Notes: generated by a model not told the origin, from the sequence alone. Shown: positions 48,577-59,218, counted from the stretch's first letter. The stretch is DNA of 64,000 bases from an uncultured bacterium (GCA_947646655.1 CANSHI010000005.1:1599-65598), one strand, 5' to 3'. Made by a program: numbers and translations.

Positions 48577-49096
48577 TGAATCTCTTTCTTAGAACAAGTG
48601 TTCCTGTTCCTAGAATAGCTACTACAGACATAGTAATTGCTAAAACGTTAGCAGTACCAGTTTGTTTAAGATAAGGGTTCAATGAAATGGCGTCTATTTT
48701 TTTGTCACCTTTATAGGCAACGATTTCTTTATTAGCTTTGTCATAAGAAAGAGTAACACCAACAATGTTAGCAGCTTCTTTTGCTAAGCCAAATATTTCA
48801 TTTTTAACGTTTTTACTTAATTTTGTAACGTCTTTAACGCCTTCTCTATTTAGAACAGCTATTATTTCGTCACATTTAGCAATTATATCACTAGCTTGTT
48901 CATCAGTAACCTCGTTAGAATTTAAAAATCTTTCTATTTTAGCAATATCACCATTAGATAAACTAACATTTTCCCCCGCAATTTTATGAGATTGATTAGC
49001 ATAAGTTAATAATGTATCGTTTCCTTTAGCACTTACAGAAGTAACAAAAGTAAAAGTTGCTAACATTACTAACATTCCTTGCATAACTTTTTTCAT
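48569..49096 (-). CDS. Small secreted protein with a C-terminal sortase-type sorting signal (noncanonical LKQTG motif, hydrophobic segment, RKRFNA tail)
   Basis: Signal peptide ending …TSVSA; C-terminus NPYLKQTGTANVLAITMSVVAILGTGTLVLRKRFNA; overlaps the sortase start by 8 nt. Confidence 0.45.
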   Translation of the reverse strand: MKKVMQGMLVMLATFTFVTSVSAKGNDTLLTYANQSHKIAGENVSLSNGDIAKIERFLNSNEVTDEQASDIIAKCDEIIAVLNREGVKDVTKLSKNVKNEIFGLAKEAANIVGVTLSYDKANKEIVAYKGDKKIDAISLNPYLKQTGTANVLAITMSVVAILGTGTLVLRKRFNA

Positions 49097-49207
49097 AATA
49101 AATTTCCTCCTTTTGGGGTCATATTATAGCACACTTTTTATAAAAATCAAGTACTAAACGGCAAAAATACGTTATTTTTGGTGGAAATGTCTGGAATTAT
49201 CGTCAAG

Positions 49208-50212
49208 TTAGTCTTTGATTTTATATAGTATTTTTAAAGTTATCAAATATAAATTCATTAAAATGGTATTATTATTTTTAATCATATTAAGTAAAATTCG
49301 ATTTTTTTTAGGCAGTGTATTTAAATGAGAGTTAGATAAAAGATATTTAAAATAATCATCGTTTTGCAATTTTGTGATTTCTTTAATACACGTATTTTTA
49401 TTAATTTTACATATGTTAATTAAATATTGACTAATGATAGATAAGTGACTAGCATTCATATCTAAGATGATGTTTTTATCGACGATATTTTTGATTTCAG
49501 CGTTAAGAACTCGGTTAGTATCTAATATTCCGTATATGATTTTTGTAAAGTTGTTTTTATTATGTGTTACACTTACGGGATTATTGTAGTAGTTATACAT
49601 TTTAATATCTATGAATTTACCTTTTTTGGCAGTTTTGAATAGTTGAAAATAGAACTCGACATCTTCCATCATAAATAGAGTTTCGTTGAATTTCAATTTA
49701 TCAATTATGTCTTTTCTTATTAATAGCAAAAAAATTAAATTAGGAATTGCTTCTTTGGAAGTTAAGAAGTGTCTGAAGATGATTTCACTATTTTCCTTTA
49801 TATTTAGTGTTTTATTAGCTAGATCGAATAAATTGTTATTAAAAGTAGTTGGTCCAATCGGATTAAAATTGTATCTTATGAAATCTACGCTTTCTTCGAT
49901 GTTGTCAATAAGAGTTTTTATGCAGTCTGTTTCTATAGTATCATCAGAATCGATGAATGTTACATAATCTCCAGTTGAGGCCTCGATTCCCTTATTTCTA
50001 GAGTTACTTACGCCAGAGTTTGGCTTGTCGATAACTTTTATGCGATCATCTTTATCAGCATAAGAAGTACATATTTGTAATGTATTATCTTTAGAGCCGT
50101 CGTTTATAACTATTACTTCGATATTTTGATAAGTTTGATTTAAAACAGAATCTAAACATCTCGCTAAAGTTTTTTCGGCATTGTAGGCTGGAATAATAAT
50201 ACTAACTTTCAT
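49208..50212 (-). CDS. Family 2 glycosyltransferase
   Basis: GT-A motifs VIVINDGSKDNT and FIDSDD near the N-terminus. Confidence 0.8.
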   Translation of the reverse strand: MKVSIIIPAYNAEKTLARCLDSVLNQTYQNIEVIVINDGSKDNTLQICTSYADKDDRIKVIDKPNSGVSNSRNKGIEASTGDYVTFIDSDDTIETDCIKTLIDNIEESVDFIRYNFNPIGPTTFNNNLFDLANKTLNIKENSEIIFRHFLTSKEAIPNLIFLLLIRKDIIDKLKFNETLFMMEDVEFYFQLFKTAKKGKFIDIKMYNYYNNPVSVTHNKNNFTKIIYGILDTNRVLNAEIKNIVDKNIILDMNASHLSIISQYLINICKINKNTCIKEITKLQNDDYFKYLLSNSHLNTLPKKNRILLNMIKNNNTILMNLYLITLKILYKIKD

Positions 50213-51305
50213 TTTTGATCTCCTCCTTGTTGTTAAAAATTATGTTCGCGATGATTAAGAGCGAAATCGACCTAGCTATGTTAATTGGAAATAACTCATT
50301 AAACAAGTACAGTGGGAATATAATCAGAATGGCCCTATCGATTACATTTTTTTCTTTTTTCTCTGTACAATAATATAAGAAAGCGATCACTACAAGTATT
50401 ATGAATCCATAAGTTATGAAAGCCCTAGTATAAAAGTTGTCGACGATTAAATTATTGTTTATTAAAACGTTGCCTATTTTATTGCCAAAAATATGAAAAC
50501 CAAATAGTTGTATAGCTTTGTTTGTGTAGTAAAGTCTTCGGCTTAACAATCTATCGAGTTTGACTATTAGAGGATTTTTCATAAAATTACTTATGAACAA
50601 AGTGAGGCAGTTAACGCATATCATAACCAAAAACAACTTTTTCTCGAGAAAATTGGTTATTTTAGTAAACTTTTTGTGTTTCAATAAATACAAGAGCAAT
50701 AAAAATATTATATATATTATGATAGCTGTTCTCGAATATATAAAGATCGAATATAGCGTGAATACAATAGTACTTATTATAATCGCTCTTTTTTTGTTTT
50801 TGGTAATATATATCCAGTCGATGATAAGCCATATAATTATTGAGGCAGTCGTATTAGGATGTGTAAAATATAAGGCGTGTCTAACAGATATAGTACTACT
50901 TCTAAATAGATGAGGTACTATTTTAGAATAATCTAATATGTAATCATAGAAGTAGATAATCGTATGTAGTGACAAGAAAATTAACTTCATTATTAGGTCA
51001 GCTTTTATTACCTTTTTAACGTCGACATCTACTATGGCAATCATTACGATAAAATTGGTTATAAACATAAAATCATTCGTTTTAAACGAAGTATATATAG
51101 AAATTAATCCTATTAAAGCCATGTAGAGAATGTGTTTTTTCTCGTATTTAGATTTTACTATTTTTAAAATCATTAAGACTAATGCTAAAGCATAAAGTGC
51201 ATAATGTATTTTAGAGTCTATGGTAATTATATTAGATACGCCTGATAGAGTTATAAAGTTTAAAATTATAATGCCTATAATATAAAATAACTCATTTTTT
51301 TTCAT
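50202..51305 (-). CDS. Polysaccharide polymerase / O-antigen-ligase-like membrane protein (Wzy-like)
   Basis: About 10-12 TM segments with a larger loop; locus context. Confidence 0.5.
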   Translation of the reverse strand: MKKNELFYIIGIIILNFITLSGVSNIITIDSKIHYALYALALVLMILKIVKSKYEKKHILYMALIGLISIYTSFKTNDFMFITNFIVMIAIVDVDVKKVIKADLIMKLIFLSLHTIIYFYDYILDYSKIVPHLFRSSTISVRHALYFTHPNTTASIIIWLIIDWIYITKNKKRAIIISTIVFTLYSIFIYSRTAIIIYIIFLLLLYLLKHKKFTKITNFLEKKLFLVMICVNCLTLFISNFMKNPLIVKLDRLLSRRLYYTNKAIQLFGFHIFGNKIGNVLINNNLIVDNFYTRAFITYGFIILVVIAFLYYCTEKKEKNVIDRAILIIFPLYLFNELFPINIARSISLLIIANIIFNNKEEIKNES

Positions 51306-51319
51306 TTACATCACCCTTT

Positions 51320-52480
51320 TTATTTAATCAATTCGTGGAAATTTTGACAGTAATTTTCTATAGAAAACTTTTCTATTATAGCTTTGTAATCTTTTATTTC
51401 TCTTTCTTCTTTTAAAACTAGTTCCATTTTGGCAACTAAATCTTCTACTAAATTTTCTCTATTAACATAAATCGCATCGTCTTTTAAAACTTCTGGTATA
51501 CCACCACTTTTGGTAGCAATAACTGTGAGATTAGATGGAAGTCCTTCTAGAAGTACTAGTCCAAAGGCTTCGTTACATATAGAGGGAACGACTTGAATGT
51601 CGGCGATTTGATAGTATTTGTACATACTTTGATAGTCTACATAACCAGTGAAAATGATGTTTTGGTTATCTTTACTCAGCGATAGTAAACTTTCTCGGTA
51701 GGAATCGGTGGCACGCATGCTTTTAGTTCCACCAGCGATGAGGAGTTTTGTTTTTGGAAATTGCTTATTAACTACTAGAAATGCTTCAACGAGTTCTTTA
51801 ACTCCTTTTTCGGGCATAAGACGACCTGTATATAGAAAAACTGTTTCGTCCATAATGTTGAGACTTTTTTTGAAAGAAATCTTTTCTTGTTGAGACAATT
51901 TTTTTTGGAAATTTGCAAAATCTACACCATTATAAAGAACTTTGACAGGAATTTCTTTATGATTGACTTCTTCGATACGACTTTTAATAAACTCACTTAC
52001 TGACCAAATTTCATCACAAGATGCGATTATTTCATGGACATTGATAGTATCTTTATTGACATAATCATTGTGAAGATGAAGAATAATTTTATTTTTGGCA
52101 CCAGTGTGTTTTTTAAAATAAGGAATATGGTATTGGCAGTTTTCGAAAATTATACAATCATAAGAATTTATATTTTTGTGCTTATTTAAGTCTTTTACTA
52201 CACTTCTCATATAAGCTCCTGGAAGGTTCTTTTTAGTCAGTTTATTTAATAAGCGATAAAAATAATCTTTAGTTTTAAATAGTAATTTTGTTTTATCGAT
52301 TATTTTAAATTGTGTATGTTTAAAAGTTCTCGTTTCTGTTTCTCTCGACTTAATAGTATATAAAGTAATATCATCTTTAACTATCTCATTATAATCGAGA
52401 TAATACTCTATAAGTTTTTCTATTGCACCTTTTTTGCTCGTGACAGGAATGTAACCTGGACTAACAATTAAAATTCGCAT
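51320..52480 (-). CDS. Family 4 (GT-B) glycosyltransferase
   Basis: C-terminal EAFGLVLLEGL (the E-x7-E region of GT4). Confidence 0.75.
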   Translation of the reverse strand: MRILIVSPGYIPVTSKKGAIEKLIEYYLDYNEIVKDDITLYTIKSRETETRTFKHTQFKIIDKTKLLFKTKDYFYRLLNKLTKKNLPGAYMRSVVKDLNKHKNINSYDCIIFENCQYHIPYFKKHTGAKNKIILHLHNDYVNKDTINVHEIIASCDEIWSVSEFIKSRIEEVNHKEIPVKVLYNGVDFANFQKKLSQQEKISFKKSLNIMDETVFLYTGRLMPEKGVKELVEAFLVVNKQFPKTKLLIAGGTKSMRATDSYRESLLSLSKDNQNIIFTGYVDYQSMYKYYQIADIQVVPSICNEAFGLVLLEGLPSNLTVIATKSGGIPEVLKDDAIYVNRENLVEDLVAKMELVLKEEREIKDYKAIIEKFSIENYCQNFHELIK

Positions 52481-52492
52481 ATTCGTTCCTCC

Positions 52493-53662
52493 TTATAGTA
52501 TTTTTTTAATTTCTTCGTATATTCTCTCACTGTTCGATTTATCTATATATTTGAAAAAACTCTTGTTTCGACTTTGATACTCACTAAAGTCTTCTTTGCC
52601 TTCTAAATATTCTAATATTTTTTTCTTAAGACTTTCAAAATCTTTATAAACTGGTCCGAATCCATCGTTTTCGTAAGAGTAGTAACCATCGGCATATTGT
52701 TCTTGACGATATTTTTCGACGTCAAATTGAAAATATAGTACGTTTTTTTGCATGTAAGCAAAATCGAAAGTAACACTTGAATAATCAGTAATTAAAAGTT
52801 TTGATCTTTTTAATAAATCTTGAACATCGTAATTTTTAAAGTCGGCCATGATTACTTTTTCACTTGTACTTTTAAAATCTTTGATAAATTTTTGAAGTAC
52901 AATGTGGGGATAAAAAATTATTTTCATGTTTTTGAGCTCTAAAAGTGATAAAATGTCTTTATCGTTTAATATTTTCATGTATTGTTCATAAAATTTCGTA
53001 CCGACTAAAGTATCGTTATATTTGAGCCATTTACGCCATGTCGGCATGATTAAAATTATGTTTTCATCTAAATTTTCGAGTTGGTCAAATCGAGAAAACC
53101 CTGTCAGCCTGGCAACTTTGTCACTGTAGCCATATTTTTCTATCATATATTTACATTCTGGAATCGCACCACATATGAATAAATCTAGTTTTGTTCTAGT
53201 GGGAAGCATATATTCCATGAAGTCTTTTGTTATACCATGTTGTAAAAAAACAGTTTTTCCACATAGTTTTAAAAGTCCCATTTTGTTAAGTCGATAATAA
53301 AGTTGTTCATTTGGGGAAAAGCCCATTATTTGAGCACTTATCAATACTTTAGAATATAAAAAGTAGTAGTAATGCTCTTTTGAACGATAGTCGACTATAT
53401 CACAGGAAGCAATCTTTTTTCGGTCAGCACTTTTTTTAGAAATTACATATTTTATTTCTATTTCTGGATGATTGTCTTTCATATATTTATAAAACCAATA
53501 TCCGTTGTCTCTAGCATCGATACCTCTTTCGGAGATGAGCCATGTATCAGTTTTCTTTTTGCCTTTAATTTTAAAGAATATTTTATAAAAAGCTAATGTT
53601 AATATGTCGATTAAACTTTTAAATATAAATTTTAATTTATTCATGATCGATAACCCTTTCAT
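52493..53662 (-). CDS. CDP-glycerol glycerophosphotransferase (TagB/TagF family)
   Basis: FLQHGITKDF and IMPTWRKW blocks characteristic of TagF-like enzymes. Confidence 0.6.
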   Translation of the reverse strand: MKGLSIMNKLKFIFKSLIDILTLAFYKIFFKIKGKKKTDTWLISERGIDARDNGYWFYKYMKDNHPEIEIKYVISKKSADRKKIASCDIVDYRSKEHYYYFLYSKVLISAQIMGFSPNEQLYYRLNKMGLLKLCGKTVFLQHGITKDFMEYMLPTRTKLDLFICGAIPECKYMIEKYGYSDKVARLTGFSRFDQLENLDENIILIMPTWRKWLKYNDTLVGTKFYEQYMKILNDKDILSLLELKNMKIIFYPHIVLQKFIKDFKSTSEKVIMADFKNYDVQDLLKRSKLLITDYSSVTFDFAYMQKNVLYFQFDVEKYRQEQYADGYYSYENDGFGPVYKDFESLKKKILEYLEGKEDFSEYQSRNKSFFKYIDKSNSERIYEEIKKIL

Positions 53663-54755
53663 AATATTCTTCTAATTTTTTGACTTCAAGAGCAATGTCA
53701 TACCCATGATATGATACTTCCTTACTCCAATCCCTTCTAGGCTTATTGTCTAAAAGCTTTAATGCTTCGTTTTTCCAAGCAGTGCTTCCAGCTTCTAAGC
53801 TTAAAAATTTTAAATTTTCGGTTACTTTAGTAGCTTTTGGAACCATAGTGGAAGTCAAACATTTTGCTCCAGCACATTCTGCTTCGATGAGTGCCATTCC
53901 TAGTCCTTCGTAGAGACTTGGCATAATAAATAAATCTATGGCCTGATATATTTCGTTGATATCGTCTCTTTGTCCTAGAAGTTGAGTACAACCTTTTAAA
54001 TTTAATCGAGAAATTTTTTGTTCTACTTCGTTCATTAAAGGTCCATGGCCTCCGAGTAATAGTACTGAATTTGGAAGATTATCATGGATTTCTTTGAATA
54101 TATCTAGTAGGAAGGTATGATTTTTGGTTTCGACAAACCTTCCTACATGTCCTACTACTAATACGCCTTCTTCGATATTCAATTCATTGCGCACTTTTTT
54201 TCTTATTTTTTCATTGTATTTAAATTTACTTAAATCGATAGCATTATTTAAAAGATAGACAAGTCCTTTATCATATGTTTTGTCGCCAAAAAGCCAACGA
54301 CCTGCATGTTCTGAACAACACATATAGTTGGTTGCAAAGACTTTACTGAATGGTTTTAATAGTGTTTTCATAATGTGCTTTTTTAGTTCTTTTTTATTTG
54401 TCGTAGCGTGATTGTGCGCGATGCGAACAGGCACGCCTGCTCTTTTGGCAGCCAAAAGAGGAAAAACAGAAAGTGTATTGATGTGTGAATGAACTATTTT
54501 GTAATTGCCTTTTTTTAAAACTTGTTTTAATACTTTTTGGTATTTAAAGATTTTTTGATATGGAGGTATTAAAATTACTTTTCCTCCAAGTTTTTTGATT
54601 TCTTCGTAGGGAATATCAGTGGAATCTTCATCACATAAAAAGTCAAACTGTATTTTGGATCTATCGATTTGACGATAGTAATTCATAATGACAGCTTCTA
54701 CTCCACCACCTACCCATTTTCCTATTATTTGGGCTATTCTTATAGGCTTATCCAT
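53637..54755 (-). CDS. Family 4 (GT-B) glycosyltransferase
   Basis: EGLGMALIEAECAGAKCL motif. Confidence 0.75.
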   Translation of the reverse strand: MDKPIRIAQIIGKWVGGGVEAVIMNYYRQIDRSKIQFDFLCDEDSTDIPYEEIKKLGGKVILIPPYQKIFKYQKVLKQVLKKGNYKIVHSHINTLSVFPLLAAKRAGVPVRIAHNHATTNKKELKKHIMKTLLKPFSKVFATNYMCCSEHAGRWLFGDKTYDKGLVYLLNNAIDLSKFKYNEKIRKKVRNELNIEEGVLVVGHVGRFVETKNHTFLLDIFKEIHDNLPNSVLLLGGHGPLMNEVEQKISRLNLKGCTQLLGQRDDINEIYQAIDLFIMPSLYEGLGMALIEAECAGAKCLTSTMVPKATKVTENLKFLSLEAGSTAWKNEALKLLDNKPRRDWSKEVSYHGYDIALEVKKLEEYYERVIDHE

Positions 54756-54839
54756 GGCTTACCTCCAAAAAAAATACTATATACTTTTGTATATAGTAAT
54801 TATATCATATTATAAAGTTTTATGGTAACCAATATACAC

Positions 54840-55586
54840 TTATTTGGCACTTTTGTGGTCAAAAAGAGCAGTAAAAGTTTTGAAAAATATTTTTATGTCC
54901 ATTTTAGCATTATAATTGTTAGAATAATATTTTTCCATTTTTAATCTATCTTCAAATGTACCACGTGAACGAAGATTTACTTGCCAATAACCTGTAAGTC
55001 CTGGTTTGGTTTTAACGATATCATTGTAATAAAACATCATATCTTCTTTTTCTCTAGGTAAGTATGGTCTATTTCCAATGAAACTCATATCACCTTTTAA
55101 AATGTTTATTATTTGCGGAAGCTCATCGATAGAGGTACGTCTTAAAATTTTACCAATTTTAGTTATTCTAGGATCATTTTCAAGCTTTTTCATTTCAGTA
55201 TATTCTTCTTTAATCTTTGGATTACTTTCTAAAAGTTCCATAAGTACAGCATCAGCGTTAGGTATCATACTTCTAAATTTATATAATTTGAAGAGTTTGC
55301 CATCTTTTCCTATTCTGTTTTGTGTATAAAATATGGAATCGTAATCTTTAGATAAAAGAGATACTATTTTAACTATTAGTATAACTGGTAAAAGACATAT
55401 AAGAGCGAGCAAAGATAAAACAATGTCAAAAAGTCTTTTAAAACCTAAATAAGTTACTTCTAAAACTTTGCTTAATTTAACACTAGTACGGACTTTTCTA
55501 CTTTCAATTATAGTTTCTTCAAACATAAACAAAACCCCCTTTTGTTTAATGGCTGATATGATAACACAAATCGACAAAAAATGCAA
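54840..55586 (-). CDS. Polyprenyl-phosphate sugar phosphotransferase (bacterial sugar transferase; initiating enzyme)
   Basis: One TM, then the conserved C-terminal DELPQIINILKGDMSFIGNRP block. The true start may be the internal MFEETII. Confidence 0.8.
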   Translation of the reverse strand: MHFLSICVIISAIKQKGVLFMFEETIIESRKVRTSVKLSKVLEVTYLGFKRLFDIVLSLLALICLLPVILIVKIVSLLSKDYDSIFYTQNRIGKDGKLFKLYKFRSMIPNADAVLMELLESNPKIKEEYTEMKKLENDPRITKIGKILRRTSIDELPQIINILKGDMSFIGNRPYLPREKEDMMFYYNDIVKTKPGLTGYWQVNLRSRGTFEDRLKMEKYYSNNYNAKMDIKIFFKTFTALFDHKSAK

Positions 55587-55656
55587 GTTTTTTCGTTTTG
55601 GAATTTATTGGAGGTTACAAACACAAAAAAAGATAATTCGTCATTTTTGAACTATC

Positions 55657-56508
55657 TTATATCAGTTTTACGTACATTTTATATATGTTATTTTCTTTTT
55701 GATAAATAGCGTACACTTCATTTTCTTTGACGAATTTAATAAATTTATCTTCAAAGTTATAACTTAATTGTATGCCATTTTCGACCTTTTTTAGCAAATT
55801 TTCGTCTAACTCAACAGATCTTATGTTTTGAAGAAATTGTATAGGTTTTAAAATAGTAAAGTTATTTTTTTCTATTTCTTCTAGTGTATAACAGTTTTCT
55901 ATGTTAAAGTTTCCTTGTTTAGTTCTTATTAGAGACGTCATAGTTGCATAAGTACTCAGTGAAGCACCAATATCGCGTATAAGACTTCTAATATAAGTCC
56001 CTTTGGAAACAAGAGTTTTAATAGTTATTTTTGTTTCATCAAAAGAAAGTATTTCGATGTTTTTAATGTTAACTAATCTACTTGGTAAATTTACTGGCAG
56101 TCCTGAGCGGGCATATTCATAGAGCTTTTTTCCATTTACTTTAACAGCCGAATATTTAGGAACGATTTGATTATATTCACCTTTAAAAGAGTATATTGCC
56201 TCTTTAATAGCATCTTTTGTAACCATATGACTACTTTCTTTGGTTTTTACTCCAGTTATATCTAAAGTATCTGTTTCAAATCCTAATATAAATTCGGCAA
56301 TGTACTCTTTATATTCACTTGTCAGCATTTCAGTGAGTTTGGTACATTTTCCAATAGTTAAAATGAGAACACCAGTCGCGAGTGGGTCTAGTGTTCCTGT
56401 ATGACCTATTTTTTTGGTTCCTAGTAGATGAGAAACTTTATTTACCACATCTCTACTAGTGAATTTTTTTGGTTTATTGATTAGCAATATTCCGTTTAAA
56501 TCAGTCAT
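55657..56508 (-). CDS. truB: tRNA pseudouridine(55) synthase
   Basis: GHTGTLDPLATGVL catalytic motif; conserved position after rbfA. Confidence 0.9.
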   Translation of the reverse strand: MTDLNGILLINKPKKFTSRDVVNKVSHLLGTKKIGHTGTLDPLATGVLILTIGKCTKLTEMLTSEYKEYIAEFILGFETDTLDITGVKTKESSHMVTKDAIKEAIYSFKGEYNQIVPKYSAVKVNGKKLYEYARSGLPVNLPSRLVNIKNIEILSFDETKITIKTLVSKGTYIRSLIRDIGASLSTYATMTSLIRTKQGNFNIENCYTLEEIEKNNFTILKPIQFLQNIRSVELDENLLKKVENGIQLSYNFEDKFIKFVKENEVYAIYQKENNIYKMYVKLI

Positions 56509-56839
56509 TATCCTTTATTTCTTCCATTATTTCGTCGATATTACGAGCGTAGTCAGCTGATTTATCATAGACGAATCTCAACTCAGGTGTACTTCTGAGG
56601 TCGAGTCTGTGAGCAAGTTCTCGTCTTATAAAGCCGGAAGCCTCATTTAATTCTGCTTCTACTTTTTCGTGTTCTTCGAGTCTTGTCATAAAGTAGACTT
56701 TGGCAAAAGTTAAGTCTGAATCGAGTGTCACGTCTGTTACACTAACCATTTTTAATATTTCGTTTTTAGCTTCTTCATTTAGAATAAGACCAATTTCACG
56801 TCCAATTTGAGATGCAATTCTTTTAGTTTTTAAGTTCAT
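56501..56839 (-). CDS. rbfA: Ribosome-binding factor A
   Basis: 112 aa; RbfA-like KH fold sequence; follows infB. Confidence 0.85.
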   Translation of the reverse strand: MNLKTKRIASQIGREIGLILNEEAKNEILKMVSVTDVTLDSDLTFAKVYFMTRLEEHEKVEAELNEASGFIRRELAHRLDLRSTPELRFVYDKSADYARNIDEIMEEIKDND

Positions 56840-58941
56840 CTTTTTACCTCAACCATTTCATAAGCTTCGATGATGTCACCGACTTTTAAATCATTGTATC
56901 CGTCGATTGTGATACCACATTCGTAGCCTTCTTTAACTTCTTTAACACTGTCTTTTTCTCTTTGAATAGAAGATATTTTGCCGTCATAGATAATAGTACC
57001 ATCGCGTATGATGCGAGCTTTTGAATTATTTTTCATAATATCTTTTATGACTTTTACTCCAGCGATAGTTCCGACTTTAGAATATTTAAACAATTGTCTA
57101 ATTTCTGCCTGTCCTGTAACACGTTCTTCAAATTCAGGGTCGAGCATTCCTTTCATGGCTGCTTCCATATCTTCTACTAATTTGTAAATGATAGTATATT
57201 GTCTGATTTCAACACTATACTCTTTAGCTGCTTCTTTAGTCGAATTTGAGGCAACGACATTGAAGCCTATGACGATGGCATTTGAAGCATTGGCAAGTAC
57301 AATATCTGATTCTGTAATAGCTCCTATACCACTTCTAATTATTTTAACTTTTACACCTTCGACATCTATTTTGATGAGAGCGTTTTTTACAGCTTCTTCT
57401 GAACCACGAACATCTGCTTTAAGGATGACATTGATTTCTTTAACACCAGATTGAATTTGACTAAATAAATCTTCAAATGTAACAATATCTGTTTTATATT
57501 TAGTGGCTTTTTGATTATTTTGACGTTTGGCTGCAATTTCTTTAGCCATGTGTTCAGATTCGAAAGCCATAAATTTATCTCCAGCACTAGGATTTCCATT
57601 TAAACCAGTAATTTCTACAGGTGTAGATGGACCTGCTTCTACTATCGGCTGACCTAAATCGTTTTTAATAGTACGCACTTTTCCAAAAGCACTTCCTACT
57701 ACTACTGGATCACCTAGTCTTAGAGTTCCATTTTGTATTAGCAAGCTGGATACTCCTCCACTGGCTTTATCGATACGCGATTCAATAACTGTTCCACTTG
57801 CGTAGCGATTAGGATTAGCTTTATATTCGTTGATTTCAGAAATAGCAAGAATGGTATCTAGTATTTCGTTGACATTGTCTCCTGTTCTTGCACTGATGTT
57901 TACGAAAGGTATATTTCCTCCCCATGACTCAGGAGTAATGTTGCGTGCTGCCATTTCTGATAAAATTTTCTCAGGGTTGGCATCTGGTTTATCACATTTG
58001 TTGATGGCTACTATTATCGGTACACCTGCACTTAGAGCATGGTCGATTGCTTCTTCGGTTTGTGGCATGACACCATCATCCGCTGCAACGATGATGATAA
58101 CGATATCTGTAATACTAGCTCCTCTAGCTCTCATTTCTGTAAAAGCAGCATGTCCTGGAGTATCGATGAAAGTTATTTTTTGCTCGTTATACTCGATTTG
58201 ATATGCTCCTATATGTTGAGTGATACCTCCGAATTCCTTATCTACGACATGTGAATTTCTAATGTAATCCAGTAATGTTGTCTTTCCATGGTCGACGTGT
58301 CCCATAATCGTTACGACTGGTGGTCTTTGTTGAAGATTAGCTTCATCTTCGATTATTTCTAATTCTTCAAAGTTAGAGACATCTTGAGTACTTTCTTTCT
58401 TTAAAGTTTTATTATATTCTAAAGCTATGATTTCAGCATTTTCGAAATCGATCGATTCATTTAAAGATATCATCAAACCCATTGACATGAGTTTTACAAT
58501 TATGTCATTTCCTTTGACATTTAGAGATTCTGCAAGTTCACTAACGCTCATACCATCTTTATATATAACTATATCTTCGTTGGAATTAGTATTAGACTCC
58601 AATTTTTCTTTATGTTTGTACATCTCTTTACGCTTTTTGGCATAATTATTTTTGCTATCTTTGTTAGCAGATTTTTTAACTTTATCGTTTATTCTTTTTG
58701 TATCTTTTTTTTCGTTTTCAATGACAATACTTTCTTCATCATCGTCGTCTTCTGTATAAATGTTTTCTTCAGCTGTTTCCACTGAGTCCATAATATCTAT
58801 AGCATTATCGAGCATGATGACATCGTCTTCGCTCAACATTGCTTCTGCACTTTTGGCATCAATTCCTAAAAATACACATTTATTAAGTACTTCTTGTACA
58901 GTTATCCCCATTTCTTGTGCATATTCTTTTACATTACACAT
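56836..58941 (-). CDS. infB: Translation initiation factor IF-2
   Basis: GTPase motifs GHVDHGKTTLLD, DTPGH, NKCD; 701 aa. Confidence 0.95.
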   Translation of the reverse strand: MCNVKEYAQEMGITVQEVLNKCVFLGIDAKSAEAMLSEDDVIMLDNAIDIMDSVETAEENIYTEDDDDEESIVIENEKKDTKRINDKVKKSANKDSKNNYAKKRKEMYKHKEKLESNTNSNEDIVIYKDGMSVSELAESLNVKGNDIIVKLMSMGLMISLNESIDFENAEIIALEYNKTLKKESTQDVSNFEELEIIEDEANLQQRPPVVTIMGHVDHGKTTLLDYIRNSHVVDKEFGGITQHIGAYQIEYNEQKITFIDTPGHAAFTEMRARGASITDIVIIIVAADDGVMPQTEEAIDHALSAGVPIIVAINKCDKPDANPEKILSEMAARNITPESWGGNIPFVNISARTGDNVNEILDTILAISEINEYKANPNRYASGTVIESRIDKASGGVSSLLIQNGTLRLGDPVVVGSAFGKVRTIKNDLGQPIVEAGPSTPVEITGLNGNPSAGDKFMAFESEHMAKEIAAKRQNNQKATKYKTDIVTFEDLFSQIQSGVKEINVILKADVRGSEEAVKNALIKIDVEGVKVKIIRSGIGAITESDIVLANASNAIVIGFNVVASNSTKEAAKEYSVEIRQYTIIYKLVEDMEAAMKGMLDPEFEERVTGQAEIRQLFKYSKVGTIAGVKVIKDIMKNNSKARIIRDGTIIYDGKISSIQREKDSVKEVKEGYECGITIDGYNDLKVGDIIEAYEMVEVKR

Positions 58942-58960
58942 AGAAAATCACTTTCCTTTC

Positions 58961-59218
58961 TTAATCGATTAGTTTACTTAAGTGTTCATAAACTGAATCC
59001 TCTATTTCTATTTCAAGTGCTCTGTCGATAGCTTTATTTTTTTTTGCTAAATCTAGCACACTTAAATCTTTTTTAATATAGCAACCCTTACCATTTTTTT
59101 TACCTGTCTCATCGACAGTTACAACTCCATCAAATTTTACGATGCGAATAAGTTCTTGTTTTGGCAATTTCTCTTTAGTTACTATGCAAGTTCTCATCGG
59201 AACTTTTTTTACTTTCAT
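58961..59218 (-). CDS. ylxR: YlxR/RnpM-family (DUF448) protein
   Basis: PMRTCIVTKE…GKGCYI pattern; lies between nusA and infB. Confidence 0.7.
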   Translation of the reverse strand: MKVKKVPMRTCIVTKEKLPKQELIRIVKFDGVVTVDETGKKNGKGCYIKKDLSVLDLAKKNKAIDRALEIEIEDSVYEHLSKLID

